A stretch of DNA of 64,000 bases from an uncultured delta proteobacterium (GCA_963814715.1 CAWFDW010000003.1:50879-114878); one strand, 5' to 3'. Counted from the stretch's first letter, positions 11,821 through 24,294 are shown. The notes: generated by a model not told the origin, from the sequence alone. Numbers and translations: made by a program.

Positions 11821-14023
11821 ATGTCTGCGAACGCGTTGCCGGCCGGTGCGCTCAAGTCGGCGTCGAGCATGTACCTGCGCGACGCATCGTCGAGTGCGAT
11901 CCGATGGCAGGCGTGGAGTCCGGATACGCTCGCACTGGCGCGGCGGCTGAATCGCCCGATCCTGATCGACATCGGCGCAGTCTGGTGTCACTGGTGTCAC
12001 GTAATGGACGCGACGACGTACGCCGATCCGCAAGTTGTCGCGGCGCTCAACAGCGAATTCGTGCCGGTCAAGATCGACACCGACGAGCGTCCCGACATCG
12101 ACTTGTACTATCAGAACGCGGCGGCGCAACTGACCGGCGCGGGCGGATGGCCGCTGACATGTTTCACGACGTCCGACGGTGCACTGTTTTTCGCGGCGGG
12201 TTATCTGCCACCGCGGCCAGGCAGCGGACCCAACGGGAGCGGCGGAGAAAACTCGTCGATGCTGCCGCTGCTGAAAAAAATCTCGCAGGTGTACGCGACA
12301 GGATCGCGCGGGACTCGAACGTGAAGCTGAGGCAACGGCCGCGAAGCTCAAATCCGTCTCGAGTCAAAACGCAGCCGGCGCCTGGAGGACTCGAAGGCTT
12401 GCGCGCACAAATTCTCGCGGGCCTGGCATCGTCGTACGATCGCGAAGCCGGAGGATTCGAATCAGGTGAGGGCCCGCGATTCTATGATTTTCCCGCAATC
12501 GAACTCGCTCTGGCGCATGGCTTTTACGCGCATCCGGAGTTTACCGCGATGGCGCTCGACACGCTGAAGAAAATCGCCGCGGGCGGAGTGTTCGATCAAC
12601 TTGGCGGCGGATTTCATCGCTACTCGACGGATCCGCATTGGCGCGTGCCGCATTTCGAGAAGCTCGGATACGACAACGCGATGGCCTTGCATGCGTACAG
12701 CGACGCGTACGCAGCGAGCGGCGATCCGGAATTCGCGCGGGTCGCAAAATCGATCGCGGGCTACGTGAATCGCGAGCTTGGTCGATCCGGACACGCACGC
12801 GTTCTACTCGCATCAGGACGCTGATTCCTTCAAGGGCGACGACGGCAGCTACTACACGTGGACGGTCGCCGAAGTGAAGCGCGCGCTCCCCGCGGACGAC
12901 GCACGCGTCGCGATTTTGTTTTACGGGATGGAAACCGCACCCGCGCGGGCGCCCGACGGACGAATCGTACTGAGGCGCGCCATGACTCCCGAGCAAGTGG
13001 CGGCCAAGCTGAAGATCCCGGTGGAAGTAGCGCGCGCGAAGATCGCTAAGGCGTCAGACGCGATGCTCGCGGTCCGGGCGCGTCGCAAAACTCCGCCTGT
13101 GGATCATGCCGTGATGACCGATCGGAACGCGTTGATGGCCGACGCGTTCCTGACAGCGTCGGCGGCGCTTGACGACTCCAGCCTTCAGCGCACGGCACTC
13201 AACGATCTGGATTTCATCGTCGCGCACATGCGCGCACCCGACGGAAGTTTCTATCACGTCTGGTCCAATGGACATGCGCAGGTATCGGGTCTCGCCGCCG
13301 ACCAGGTTTACCTGCTCAATGCACTCGTCGACGCATATCAATTTTCGGCCGATGAGAAATATCTTACCGAAGCGCGCAAGCTGGCCGCGATCATAGTGAA
13401 GAATTTTCGCGCCAACGGTTCGAACTTGTTGACGAACCGCGATACGGGCGATGCCGGCACCGTGATTGCGCAGTCGTCAGCGACAGCGCAGGTGTTCTTC
13501 GATATGCCGACGCCGTCGGTGCAGGCGACGATGGCGATTGCGGCGGCGAAGCTCGCGCTGATCACCGGCGACGACAGTTATTCGAAGACCGCGAACGAAG
13601 TGATGGCGAGTGCACCGGCGATGGCGGGATCGATGCTGAGCACCGTGGTCGCGACGACGGGGTTGGCGCTCGAGTATCGCGCGAACGGCGAGGCGACGGT
13701 CGCAATTGTTGGGCCGCAGAGCGAAGCGCGCGCTACCGCTTTGTGGAAGATGGCGCTGGCAAGTTATCGTCCAGGGAAAATCGTGATGCGGTTAGAGTCG
13801 GGCTCAGGTGCCGCAGCGATACCGGCGGCTGCGCGCGCGATGTTCGAATCGAGCGCCGCGAAGAACTGTTCCGCTCGCATTCGTATGTGCAGGAACCGCG
13901 TGCGCCACGCCAGTCGGGACGCCGGCGAAACTCGCGCAGGTCATCAGGAGATTCGGCGTCAAGGGTCTCGATCAGACGACGGTCGCCAACGACCGGCCCA
14001 CTTCCGCGCGGCCCCCGATGTGA
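11821..14023 (+). CDS. thioredoxin-domain protein of the YyaL/SSP411 (DUF255 + six-hairpin glycosidase-like) family; about 3 frameshifts
   Basis: N-terminal WCHWCHVM thioredoxin-like motif. The long collinear middle/C-terminal domain typical of YyaL ends ...FVCAGTACATPV. Confidence 0.7.
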
Positions 14024-14026
14024 ACG

Positions 14027-15167
14027 TCAGTCCAGCGTCTTGTGAAATCTGAGCGTCGCGAGCGTGAGCGTCGCCGCTCCGAGGATGGCCATCGCGATCA
14101 TCTGCGGCCATAGCACATCGAGTCCGACGCCTTTGATGAAAGTTCCGCGCAACACGACGAGAAAGAAGCGCAGCGGATCGAGATTGGTGAAATATTGCAG
14201 AGCGGTCGGCATGCTGGTGATCGGATAGCCGAAGCCCGACAGCATGATCGCCGGCGATGATGTAAAAGAACGAGATCGCAAAAGCCTGCTGCTGCGTCTG
14301 GCATACCGTGGAAATCAGCAGCCCGACGCCAAGCGCGCTCGACAGAAAAAGCGTCGTACCGAGCAGCAGTACGAAAACATTTCCGCGAAACGGAACCTGG
14401 AACCAGTAAGCTTCCCAGGAATCCCAACGAAGCACGACGTTGGACAGCCCGACAATCAGGAACGGCAGGGTTTTGCCGACGATCAATTCGGTCGGGCTGA
14501 TCGGCGTTACCATCAATTGTTCCAGTGTGCCGATCTCACGCTCTCGCACCACGGCGAACGCTGTCAGCATCATCACCGATACGAGGACCAGGGTTCCAAT
14601 CACGCCCGGCACGAAAAACCATCGGCTCTCGAGGTTGGCGTTGTACCACGGACGCTCCTGGAGCTGATGCTGAGGGGCGAAGGTCGCCAGAGATGGTTTC
14701 AGCCGGTCAGCCAGTCTGGAGTTGATAGTCCTGGGCAAATCGATTTGCGATCTGATTGATGTACCCGACGGCGATCAAAGCCGTGTTCGAGTCGGTGCCG
14801 TCGAGCACGGCCTGAACGGGCGCGGTCTGGCCCTTGCGCAGCAGCTCGGCGAAGCCCGGCTGAATCTGCAGCACCAGCACGACGCGTCGATGATCGAGCA
14901 GATGACGGGATTTGCGATTCGCTCTGGAGGACCGTGGCGCATCTCGAAGCGGCTGCTGGCGCTGAAGCGTTCCAGAAACTCGCGGCTCTCCTGGCTGTGA
15001 TCGTTGTCGAGCACCGCGGTCGAAACGCGATTAACCTCGTAGCTCGCCGCGTAGCCGAATATCAGCATCTGCAACAGCGGCGGCACGATCAGCGAAAATC
15101 GCGCTTGCCGGTCGCGAAACAGGTGGATGAACTCCTTGATCAGAATCTGGCGCAGCCGTTCTATCAC
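14027..15167 (-). CDS. ABC-2 family transporter permease (YbhR/YbhS-like); frameshifted
   Basis: N-terminal region IKEFIHLFRDRQ. ABC-2 core ...EREIGTLEQLMVTPISPTELIVGK. C-terminal TM region is in another frame. Confidence 0.7.
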
Positions 15168-15177
15168 GGTGGCTTCC

Positions 15178-16312
15178 TCATGCCAGCGACTTGCGGAATG
15201 ATCGCATCGCCAGCAACACCATTACCGACGCATAGATGACGAGCGCAATCAAAGGCCCGGCGAGAAAGCCGAGGCCGGTGCCGCGCAGAAATACGCTCTT
15301 GAGTATTACGATGTAGTAGCGCGCGGCGATCAGGTAGGTGATAGGCTGCACGCCGACCGGCATCTGGTCGATTGGAAACGTGAATCCCGACAGCAGGAAC
15401 GACGGCAGGAAGGCCGTCACCAAACCAATCTGGCTCGCGGCCAGTTGATTCTTCGTGGCGACGGAGATCCAGAATCCAAGCCCGAGAATCGCGATCAGGT
15501 AAATTCCCGATCCGACGCTGCAGCGCGATCAGCGATCCGCGAAATGGGACCTGGAACCAGAACACGGCGATCGCGGCGCAGACGGCGGTATCGAACATCC
15601 CGAGCGCGAAGTAGGGGAGCAGCTTGCCGATGATGATTTCGAGCGAGGTCACTGGCGTCGAGATCAGTTGCTCCATCGTGCCGCGCTCCCACTCGCGCGC
15701 GACGGTCAGCGACGTGAGCAACACTCCGACTACCGCCATCACGATCGCGGCGACGCCCGGCACGATGAAGTTTTTGCTTTCGAGATCTTCGTTGAACCAG
15801 GTGCGAGCCTCGACCGACAGCGCAGGATTCACGCTGGGCGCGTTGGACTTGCGCAGATATTCGGCCTGCACGACGGCGCCATAAGAGGCGAGCACGCCCT
15901 GCGCGTAGCCGATTGCGAGCTCAGCGGTGTTGTTGTCGGAGCCGTCAACCAGCGCCTGTATGTTCACCGGCCGTCCGTCGTGCAGGCGCGCCGAGAAGTC
16001 GTACGGAATCACAATCGCGAGCTGACATCGGCCGTCGTCGAGGGCCGCGCCAAGCGCACGGTAGTCAGTGACCGTCGCGGCCAGGTCGAAATAGTCGGAG
16101 GACTGAAAGCGCTTGAGCAGATCCTGGCTCGCCTGGCTGCCTTCCTGATCGAGCGCGAACACCTTGATGTGCTTGGTGTCGAGATTGACGCCGTAGCCCA
16201 GCATCGTCATCAGCATCAGCGGCATCAGCAGGACAATCAGCAGGCTGCGCGAGTCACGCAGTACCTGGAAGACTTCCTTGCGCGAGATGGCGATCAGCCG
16301 GCGCAGATTCAT
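15178..16312 (-). CDS. ABC-2 family transporter permease (second, paralogous); frameshift near 15480
   Basis: RKEVFQVLRDSRSL...EWERGTMEQLISTPVTSLEIIIGK. C-terminal TMs are in the 15178-15423 ORF. Confidence 0.75.
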
Positions 16313-16388
16313 GGCGACAACTCCGGGACGCGATCAACCTCGCGTCGAGTGGTCAATGCGACGAACGCGTCTTCGAGGCTCGGACGAA

Positions 16389-18200
16389 TCACTCTGAGGC
16401 TGACGACTGAGATTGCATCGGCTTCGAGCGCGCACGAATCGCCGGTGCGACTGCCGCGTCGGATACGACGAGATGTAGCGCATTGCCGAATACCGCGACG
16501 TCGCGAACGCCGTCGAAGTGCCGCACGCGTTCGATCGCGTCGCCGAGCCGATCGCATTCGAGCAACAGCAATGATCCCCGGATCGAGCCCAACTTGAGTT
16601 CGGTGGGCGTGCCCAGCGCGATCAATTTGCCGCCGTTCATCAGCGCCAGCCGATTGCAGTATTCGGCCTCGTCCATGTAGTGCGTGGTGACGAAGACGGT
16701 GACGCCGTCGCTGGCTCATCTGCTGGATCAACTCCCAGAACAGCCGGCGCGAGAGTGGATCGACGCCCGAGGTCGGCTCGTCGAGAAACAGGATTGGCGG
16801 GCGATGCAGCACGGCGCAGCCGAGTGCGAGGCGCTGCTTCCATCCGCCGGCGAGCGTGCCGGTAAGGCTCGACTCGCGGCCGCGCAGGCCGGCCATCTCG
16901 AGCGCCCAGTCGATGCGTCCGCGCAACTCGCGCGCCGGCACTCCGTACATTCCCGCGTAGAAGCGCAAATTCTCGAGCACCGTGAGATCGGCGTAGAGCG
17001 AAAACTTCTGCGACATGTAGCCGATGTTGCGGCGGATCAGCTCGGGCGATTCGACGACGTCGTAGCCGGCGACCATCGCGCGGCCGGAGGTCGGATGCAG
17101 CAATCCGCACAGGATTCGAATCGTGGTCGACTTCCCCGATCCGTTGGGTCCCAGAAATCCGAAGACCTCGCCGGTTCGCGTCTGAAACGAAATGCGATCG
17201 ACGGCAGTGAAATCGCCGAACCGCTTCACCAGGTTCTCGACCTCGACCGAATTGCCGTTTGGGCCTGTCATGCAGCTACTGGTGCCGCGTCTTTTGCGCA
17301 CGGCCTCGACGAAGAGATCTTCGATGGTCGGCGTGACTCGCAGGATCTCGTCAAACGGAATCTGCCTGCCACTTCAACCGCGCGCTGAATTCGGCGATGC
17401 GCCGCTCAGCATCATCGACGAACAAATGCACCGCGTCGCCCACCAGCACGACGCTCGAAACTCCTTCGGCCGTCGCCAGTTCGTCGCGCACGCGGCGCGC
17501 CTCGAGCGACACTATCGATACCACCGCTCCCTGGAGCCGCGACTTGAGACGCGCAGGCGAGTCGCAGAAGAGCAGGCGCCCCTGATGGAGCAGCGCGACG
17601 CGATGGCATCGCTCGGCTTCGTCGAGGTACGCGGTGGAATTGACGACGGTGACGCCCTGGCCGACCAGCGAGTAGAGCATCGCCCAGAATTCGCGGCGCG
17701 AAACCGGATCGACGCCGTTGGTCGGCTCGTCGAGCAGCAATACGCGCGGCGTGTGTATCAGCGCGCAGACCAGGCCGAGCTTTTGCTTCATCCCGCCGGA
17801 GAGCTTGCCGGCCAGCCGCGCGCGGAACTCGCTCATGCCGCATGCTTTCAGCAGTTCGGCGGCGCGCGCCTCGCGATCCTTTCTGCGAACGCCGAACAGG
17901 TCGGCGTAGAATCGGATGTTCTCGTCGACCGTCAGATCTTCGTAGAGGCCGAAGCGTTGCGGCATGTAGCTGATCACATGCTTGACGCCTTCGGGGTCCG
18001 CGACGACGTCGCATCCCGCGACCGCTCGCGCTGCCGGCGTCAGGCGCAAGCACTCCGGCGAGCATGCGCATCGTCGTGGTCTTGCCCGCGCCGTCGGGTC
18101 CGACGATGCCGAAAATCTCGCCGGGCGCGACGTCGAAGCTCAGGTGATCGATCGCGCGGACGCCGGGAAAATCCTTGACCAGATCGCGAACGACGACCGT
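16389..18200 (-). CDS. ABC transporter ATP-binding protein with two tandem ATPase domains (YbhF-like); frameshifts
   Basis: Two sets of Walker A (GPDGAGKTT, GPNGSGKST), signature (LSGGMKQK, LAGGWKQR) and Walker B motifs. Boundaries approximate. Confidence 0.75.
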
Positions 18201-19200
18201 CTTGTCATCCACGACTGTTGCCGCTCTGCACGGGAGACGCCGAGGTGAATCGTCGCGTCCGCGGGCATCCCGGGCTTCAGTTCGTGATCGGAGATTCTCA
18301 ACGTCGATCTTGATTCGATAGACGAGCGTCACGCGCTCCTTGTGCGTCTCGACGCTCTTGGGCGTGAACTCGGCCTCGGACGAGATGAACGAGATTTGTC
18401 CCGGATACGCCTTGTCGGGATAGGTGTCGGTGTGAACCGTCGCCGCTTGCCCCCATCGGATTCTGCCGAGATCGGTTTCCGCGACGTAGGCGCGCAGCCA
18501 AACGTGATCGAGGTCGGCCAGCGTGACGACCGGCGTGCCCGGCTGCATCACTTCGCCGAGCTCGGTCTGACGCGTGAGAATCACGCCCGAGAACGGCGCG
18601 CGCAGCGTCGTGTAGCCGAGCATGATCTTGGCGAGTTCGAGATTTTCGCTCGCATTGTTGATGTTCGCCTTGGCGACCTCGATATCCTGTTGCGCGCTAC
18701 GCGCCATCGCGAGGTCTCGTTGCATCGCCGCGCTCGATTGCTTGAGCGCGGTCTCGCTAAGGTCACGTTGGTCGGCGGATATTATTTTTTCAGTCCAGAG
18801 TTTCTGATTGCGTGCGTAGTCGACCTTCTTCTGCGCAAGGTCGGCCTCGTCGTTGGTCGACCGTCGAGCGCGCCGCCTCGAGTTTCTGCATCGCCGACGC
18901 CAATTGCTGTTCCTGCACGTGCAGAGCGGCTTCGTTGATCGCGACCTGCTGCCGGTAGTCGCTGTCGTCGAGCCGCGCCAACAGTGTGCCGGCCTTCACC
19001 CACTGGCCTTCGTCGAATGGCAATTCAACCACGCGCGATTGCACCGCCTTGAAACTGACGACACTTTCGTGCGCTTCGATATTGCCGGAAACCAGCAGAT
19101 TGTCGGTCGCAATCTCGTCCTTGAAATACAGCGAATAACCGGCCCACGCTCCGACCCCAACGATCAGGATCGCAACCAGCATGACGATTCGTTTCTTCAT
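18170..19200 (-). CDS. HlyD-family membrane fusion protein (YbhG-like); frameshifted
   Basis: N-terminal TM (MKKRIVMLVAILIVG), coiled coil, beta-barrel C-terminus. 3' end unresolved because of frameshifts. Confidence 0.7.
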
Positions 19201-19865
19201 GCGAGTTGCTCCCGCCGTTTGACCGACAGGCCGCGGCGTTGAGGCCGAGCCCGCGCGGGCCCCGCGGAATTCGCCAGACGATCTCCAAGCCAGCGCAGAA
19301 AATCCGCGCGCTGACGCATGAAGCGCCGATCGGTCGGCTCCATCCCGTGAATCAGGCGGATGATCTGAGGCATCACCAGCGGGAACAGAGCGAGGGACAA
19401 CATCGAAATGAAGAGTTGAGTCAGATCAACGCCGCGGGGAATCGATCCCTTTTGCTGCAGAACGGCGAGGCGCGCGACGGCCTTCTCAAACAGCGCGCGG
19501 CGTTCAGCCTCCGCGATGCATTTCTTGCCGCCGCTGTCGATCGCCTCCCATTCCATCAGGCGAACAAAGTCCATATCCGTGCCGCCGGAAAGATAGATAT
19601 GCGCGAGCATGCCGGCGAAGTCGTCGGGCGTGGATTCAAGCCATTCCGCGCGCTCGGCGATTTTGCGCCGCAGGATTTCCCGATACAGGTCCTGCTTGGC
19701 GCCGAAACAGTAGTAGAGCATCCGCTTGTTCACCCGCGCGCGCCGCGCAATCGCGTCCACCCGCGCCCCGGCGAACCCGCGAGCCGAAAATTCCGCCAGC
19801 GCCGCCGCGAGGATCTTCTCGCGCGTGCGATTGAGATCGCGGACAGTCGTGTGTGATCCAGCCAT
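19197..19865 (-). CDS. TetR/AcrR-family transcriptional regulator
   Basis: N-terminal HTH (ILAAALAEFSARGFAGARVDAIARRARVNKRMLYYCF). Intact. Heads the efflux operon. Confidence 0.85.
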   Translation of the reverse strand: MAGSHTTVRDLNRTREKILAAALAEFSARGFAGARVDAIARRARVNKRMLYYCFGAKQDLYREILRRKIAERAEWLESTPDDFAGMLAHIYLSGGTDMDFVRLMEWEAIDSGGKKCIAEAERRALFEKAVARLAVLQQKGSIPRGVDLTQLFISMLSLALFPLVMPQIIRLIHGMEPTDRRFMRQRADFLRWLGDRLANSAGPARARPQRRGLSVKRREQLA

Positions 19866-19880
19866 GATTTGAAACGCTCG

Positions 19881-19924
19881 TTAACCGAACAGTTAATAGT
19901 AGTATTAACTGATCAGTTAATTAA
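19881..19924. promoter_or_regulatory. putative TetR operator: two adjacent AT-rich palindromes (TTAACCGAACAGTTAA and the perfect TTAACTGATCAGTTAA)
   Basis: Read directly, 16-40 nt upstream of the tetR start. Sharply AT-rich in a GC-rich context. Confidence 0.55.
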
Positions 19925-20007
19925 AGGAGTCAAGAGGGGATGAAAGAAGAAGGATGGAATTGTAAGAGCAAGCGAAAAGCAGGTAATGCGGTGTGGTCTG
20001 CCGCTCT

Positions 20008-20731
20008 CTACCACTTCTCCTTGAACGGACGGACGTCCACGTCGTGCGACCATGCACTGCGATCCTGATGCGCGAGATGCCAGTACGTCTCCGCGATCGC
20101 CGAAGGCTTAAGCATCGCATCCTCGGTAATCTGCGGGAATCGTTCGCGAATCGCGGGCATGTCGATTGCGCCGTCGACGTTGACGTAGGCGACGTGGATT
20201 CCCTGGGGTTGCAGGTCGCGCGCCATCACCTGCGCCAGCCCGCGCATCGCGAACTTCGCGGGCCCGAAGGCCGCCGAAGTCGCAAACGGCTTTATTCCCG
20301 CGGTCGCGCCGGTGAAGATGATGGTGCCGCTGCCGCGTTTCAGCATCGCGGGCACAACCTCCTGCGCCGCCAGAAACGCGCCGAAGGTCGTGACGCGCCA
20401 GGTATTTTCGAATGTGCTCGGCTTGGTATCCATCAGTTTGCCGAACGGCCGCATCGCGGCGTTGTAGAGCAGCGACATCCACGTCGCCGAGTTCACGTCG
20501 AGTCTTTTCGAATGCCGTCGCTATGTCGGCGGGCTTCGCGAAATCCGCGGAAACCGCGAGCGCCTTGCCGCCGGCAATCTCGATCTCCTTCGCGAGCGCC
20601 GTCAGTTTGTCCTCTCCGCGCGCGATCAATGCGACCGCGTACTCCGTGGCAAATCTGCGCGCGAGCGCGGCCCCCAGTCCCGGTCCGACGCCAACCACCG
20701 CGCAAACTGGACGACGATTTGATTCTGCCAT
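20008..20731 (-). CDS. short-chain dehydrogenase/reductase (SDR); frameshift ~20480
   Basis: N-terminal Rossmann segment VVGVGPGLGAALARRFA. C-terminal fragment is collinear. Confidence 0.7.
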
Positions 20732-20814
20732 GCGTTCTGCCTCCGAGGACGCGCGATAGTGAGCGAAACCAGGGGCGGGCACGAAGCCCGCCCCATCTGC
20801 AAGTGAGATTAGTG

Positions 20815-22138
20815 CTACGGCGCAGCCTTGACCATCGCGTCCGTCGTGAAGAAATCCTTGTCCACCGCGCCCATGTTGATGTACCAGCATTCGCGCTCAG
20901 GAGTTTGCAGGCCGGGCAGGTAGCACATCGTGGCGAAGCCGCTCTGCACGTCAGTCGAGACGGCGCCGACTTCGAACTCGCGCTTGAACGGATAAATCGC
21001 CACGCGCGCATCAGGCACCGGACGGTCGCGATACGTCGTCCACCAGATATGATTCAGCCAGAGCTGGCCTTTCTGATCGTATTCGTCGATGTACGGCTCG
21101 AACCACATCTCGGAATCCATATAGACGATGGTCTTGCTCTGCAGCGCTTGCGAAATCAGCTCGCGCCGCGGCGACGCCTCGACGATGTACATATTGCGCA
21201 TCTCCCACGCCTCGGGACATGCGCTCGCGCCACCGTCAGTCGCGCACTTCAACTCGGGCGAATGCTCGGCGTGCGCGACCCCGAGCATCGGGCGATCGCC
21301 GAGAAACTTGTAATTGTATTCCTCAGTCTTGGCGTTGAAGCCCGAGTAGTGATCGGGGTTCCAGGTTTGCGCGCTGGTCGCCGTGCTCTCCAAAGCCTCG
21401 TTGAGTCGGCGAATCCGGCGCGAACCGGGATTCCAGCTCCAGTCGTCGTCGCCGCGGTCGGGCTGCTCATAGCGAAAGCGAATGAATCCGGTGCCGCGTT
21501 CGGCCTGCGGTGAGAGCACCGGGTACAAGCCGAACAGCCACAGGCGATTGGTCTTCTTGAAGTCGGGATCGACGGGCATCGGCTCGACCTCGACGCGGCC
21601 GACCAAATCGTAACCGGCGTAGTGCCCGATCTGATAGTACTGGATCACGTTGTTGGGCTTGTTGCGTCCGCCGTAGACGCTCTCGCAATCGTAAAACCGC
21701 AGGTCGTAGTCGTCGGTCAGGAGCGGCCGGAACACGTTGTTCCACATGATCTTGGTCGCCACCTGCGGATCGTTGGTGTCGATAAGCGGGAAGGGCTGCC
21801 CGGCGACATAGCCGACGAGGCTGCGATTGTCGCGGCTAAGCCGCACCTGCGCCGAGTACTTCTCGGTCGCGTCCTTGTAATGGAGGCGGCCAGTCGACTT
21901 GTCCGCTCGGGACAATCTTCATCGACATCCCGTTGACGACCTTGTAGTAGACGCCGGGCGAGACGAGATTCTGCACCTTTGACGCGTTGGCCGGCGTGAT
22001 CAGATCGCCCGGCTTGACGTCGGCACGCGCAGCAGCGGCGATCGCGATTACCGTCAACGCTCCCAGCACGGCGAGCGCCATCCGGGCGGCCGCGGGCAAT
22101 TCGCGACCTCTTCGAACATCCTTACTCAAATGTTCCAT
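20815..22138 (-). CDS. DUF1329-family secreted protein; frameshift ~21900
   Basis: Signal peptide, then ITPANASKVQNLVSPGVYYKV.GMSMKIVP, which is the typical DUF1329 N-terminus. Long conserved C-terminal region. Confidence 0.6.
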
Positions 22139-22392
22139 GAGCTCCTCCTCGACGGAAAATAGAGAAGAGCAAGCAACGCTGGTGCCATCGTGCCGCGCGG
22201 AAAATATTCTTATGCGGCGGGACGAAAAGTCTGATGCGGCTCAAAAAAATAATTCGCAGTATGTTGACGGGTTCGCGTTATCCGCGAGCGATCACGCGAT
22301 TCGATCAAGTTCGATCGAATTAAAACGCAACGAAGTCCACGAATTTGCGCTTTAGTGCGAATCGATCCGAGTCTCGTCAGCGCAAATCAAAT

Positions 22393-22426
22393 TAGTTGCA
22401 AATTGCCACGAAGTTGCAAATTGCCA
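22393..22426. repeat. direct repeat AGTTGCAAATTGCCAC x2 (2-nt spacer) in the DUF1329 upstream region
   Basis: Exact 16-nt duplication read directly. Possible regulator binding site. Confidence 0.45.
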
Positions 22427-22436
22427 CTGAAGGGAA

Positions 22437-23470
22437 CTACGCAGCAAGCGCTCTGGTCCCCTCGCAAAAGGGAGAAGGGCTCGGGGAGAGGTTCACGGAA
22501 TCAAGCACCAGCTTGCCCGTCGATTGCCGCGATTCCATGAACTTGTGCGCCTCGGCAGCTTGCGCGAGCGGAAATGATTTGCCGACCAGCAGCTTGACTT
22601 TGCCCTCCGCGATCAGCTTGAACGATTCTTCGATTCCGCGACGCATCACGTCGGGCACCGCGGCCACGGTGTACAGCGTGAAACCGCTCACCTTGGTCGA
22701 TTTATCGAACAGCCTGAACAAGTTGATTGGCTCCGGCGGACCGCCCGATCGTCCATAAGAATCAGATGCCCGAACGGCGCCAGACAGGTCAGCCCTTTGT
22801 CCAACGTGGTCGCGCCGATCGCGTCCAGGATCAGATCGACGCCGCGTCCGCCCGTGATGCGGTTCGCCTCGACTGCAAAATCGCTGGTGGCATAGTTGAT
22901 CACGTCGTCCGCGCCATACTCTTTCGCCAGCGCCGCTTTGCTGTCGCTCGATACCGTGCCAATCACGCGCGCGCCCGCTGCCTTCGCGATTTGCATCGCG
23001 ACGATTCCGACGCCGCCTGCTGCCGAATGCACCAGCACTGTCTGTCCAGGATCGGTTTGATGCGCCGTATGCAGCATGTGCCACGCGGTCAGCACCTGCA
23101 CCGGAAATGCCGCGGCATGCTCGAAGCTGATCGAGTCGGGAATCGGAATCACCTGCGTCGCCGGCGCGAGCGCATATTCGGCGTACATCTTACTGCCGAG
23201 TGCGGCGACGCGCTGACCCGCCTTGAGATTCGTGACGCCCGCGCCAACCGCCTCGATTTCGCCCGCGGCCTCAAGCCCCGGCGTATCAGGCAGTTGCGGC
23301 TGCATCACGTATTGTCCCTGCCGGAATAGCGTATCCGCGAAATTGATCCCCGCGGCGCGCACTTTGATCAGCACGGTTCCCGGTTTCACCTCAGGTTTCG
23401 GAACCTCGCCAATCTTCATCACCTCGGGCCCACCAATCTTGTCGAATACAACTGCTTTCATGTGGATCAC
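22437..23470 (-). CDS. quinone oxidoreductase / zinc-type alcohol dehydrogenase-like (MDR family); frameshift ~22750
   Basis: MKAVVFDKIGGPEVMKIGEVPKPEV...AAGINFADTLFRQGQY... with cofactor motif AAGGVGIVAMQIAK. Confidence 0.75.
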
Positions 23471-23539
23471 CTCAGCCGGGCCGAGCGCCCGGCACGATTT
23501 CGGATCTATCTCACGGATTGCGGAACGATGGAACTTCGG

Positions 23540-24121
23540 TCACGCCAGATGCGCGAGGGCCTCTTCCACAAAATCGAGGCGATCGTTTCCCCAGAACATT
23601 TCACCGTTCACGAAAAAGGTCGGCGCCCCGAATGCACCACGGCTGACGGCCTCGTCGATGTTGGCGCGCAATTGAACTTTGATGTCGTCGCCCTCGATGA
23701 GCGCCGGATCGATTTCTACCTCGCTCAGCAGCCGGCGCAGCGCGTCTTCCTTGCTGAGGTCCTGTCCATCTTCCCAAATCGCGCGAAACGCCGCCGAATG
23801 AAACTCCGAAAAGCGGCCAACCTGTTGCGCGGCGATCGCGCCGCGCACGATCCGAATCGTGTTGAACGGAAAATGCGGACTGAAGCGGGCGGGGACGCCG
23901 TAGCGCTTGGCCCATCGCTGAAACTCCGCAATGTTGTACGCAGCCTTCGACGCGATCGAGAGCGGCCCCGCGTTACCGACGTTCTTCATGATCGCGCCCA
24001 TCAGAATCGGCCGATACACGATCTCCGCGCCAGTCCGTCGCGCAATCGCCGGAAGTTGCGTATCAGCGAGATAACTGAACGGACTCAGGTAGTCGTAAAA
24101 GAACTCGATCTGTTTGGCCAT
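23540..24121 (-). CDS. 2-hydroxychromene-2-carboxylate isomerase / DsbA-like thioredoxin-fold protein
   Basis: MAKQIEFFYDYLSPFSYLA...GAFGAPTFFVNGEMFWGNDRL is the HCCA-isomerase family signature. Confidence 0.75.
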   Translation of the reverse strand: MAKQIEFFYDYLSPFSYLADTQLPAIARRTGAEIVYRPILMGAIMKNVGNAGPLSIASKAAYNIAEFQRWAKRYGVPARFSPHFPFNTIRIVRGAIAAQQVGRFSEFHSAAFRAIWEDGQDLSKEDALRRLLSEVEIDPALIEGDDIKVQLRANIDEAVSRGAFGAPTFFVNGEMFWGNDRLDFVEEALAHLA

Positions 24122-24143
24122 AGTGTCTGTTCCCAAACACGGG

Positions 24144-24218
24144 TTGCTACGAAAGTACCTTAGCTTGAGTTTCAATTTGCAACTCCAACAAGTAGCAATC
24201 GCAGTTTCAAAGTGCAAC
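24144..24218. promoter_or_regulatory. divergent promoter/operator region with inverted repeat (GTTGCTAC/GTAGCAAT) and direct repeat AGTTTCAAnnTGCAAC x2
   Basis: Repeats read directly. Lies between the divergent HCCA-isomerase/QOR operon and hxlR. Confidence 0.45.
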
Positions 24219-24294
24219 GATATTTTTCGCCTCCGATGTTGGGGAACGTCGCGGCGCGCGAAATCAATTCGGGAGAGGAGAGTGACAGGCGTCC

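Noticed and set aside
19993-21513. 506-aa plus-strand ORF
   Set aside because: Antisense to the SDR and DUF1329 genes. Arg/Pro-rich. No domain signal.
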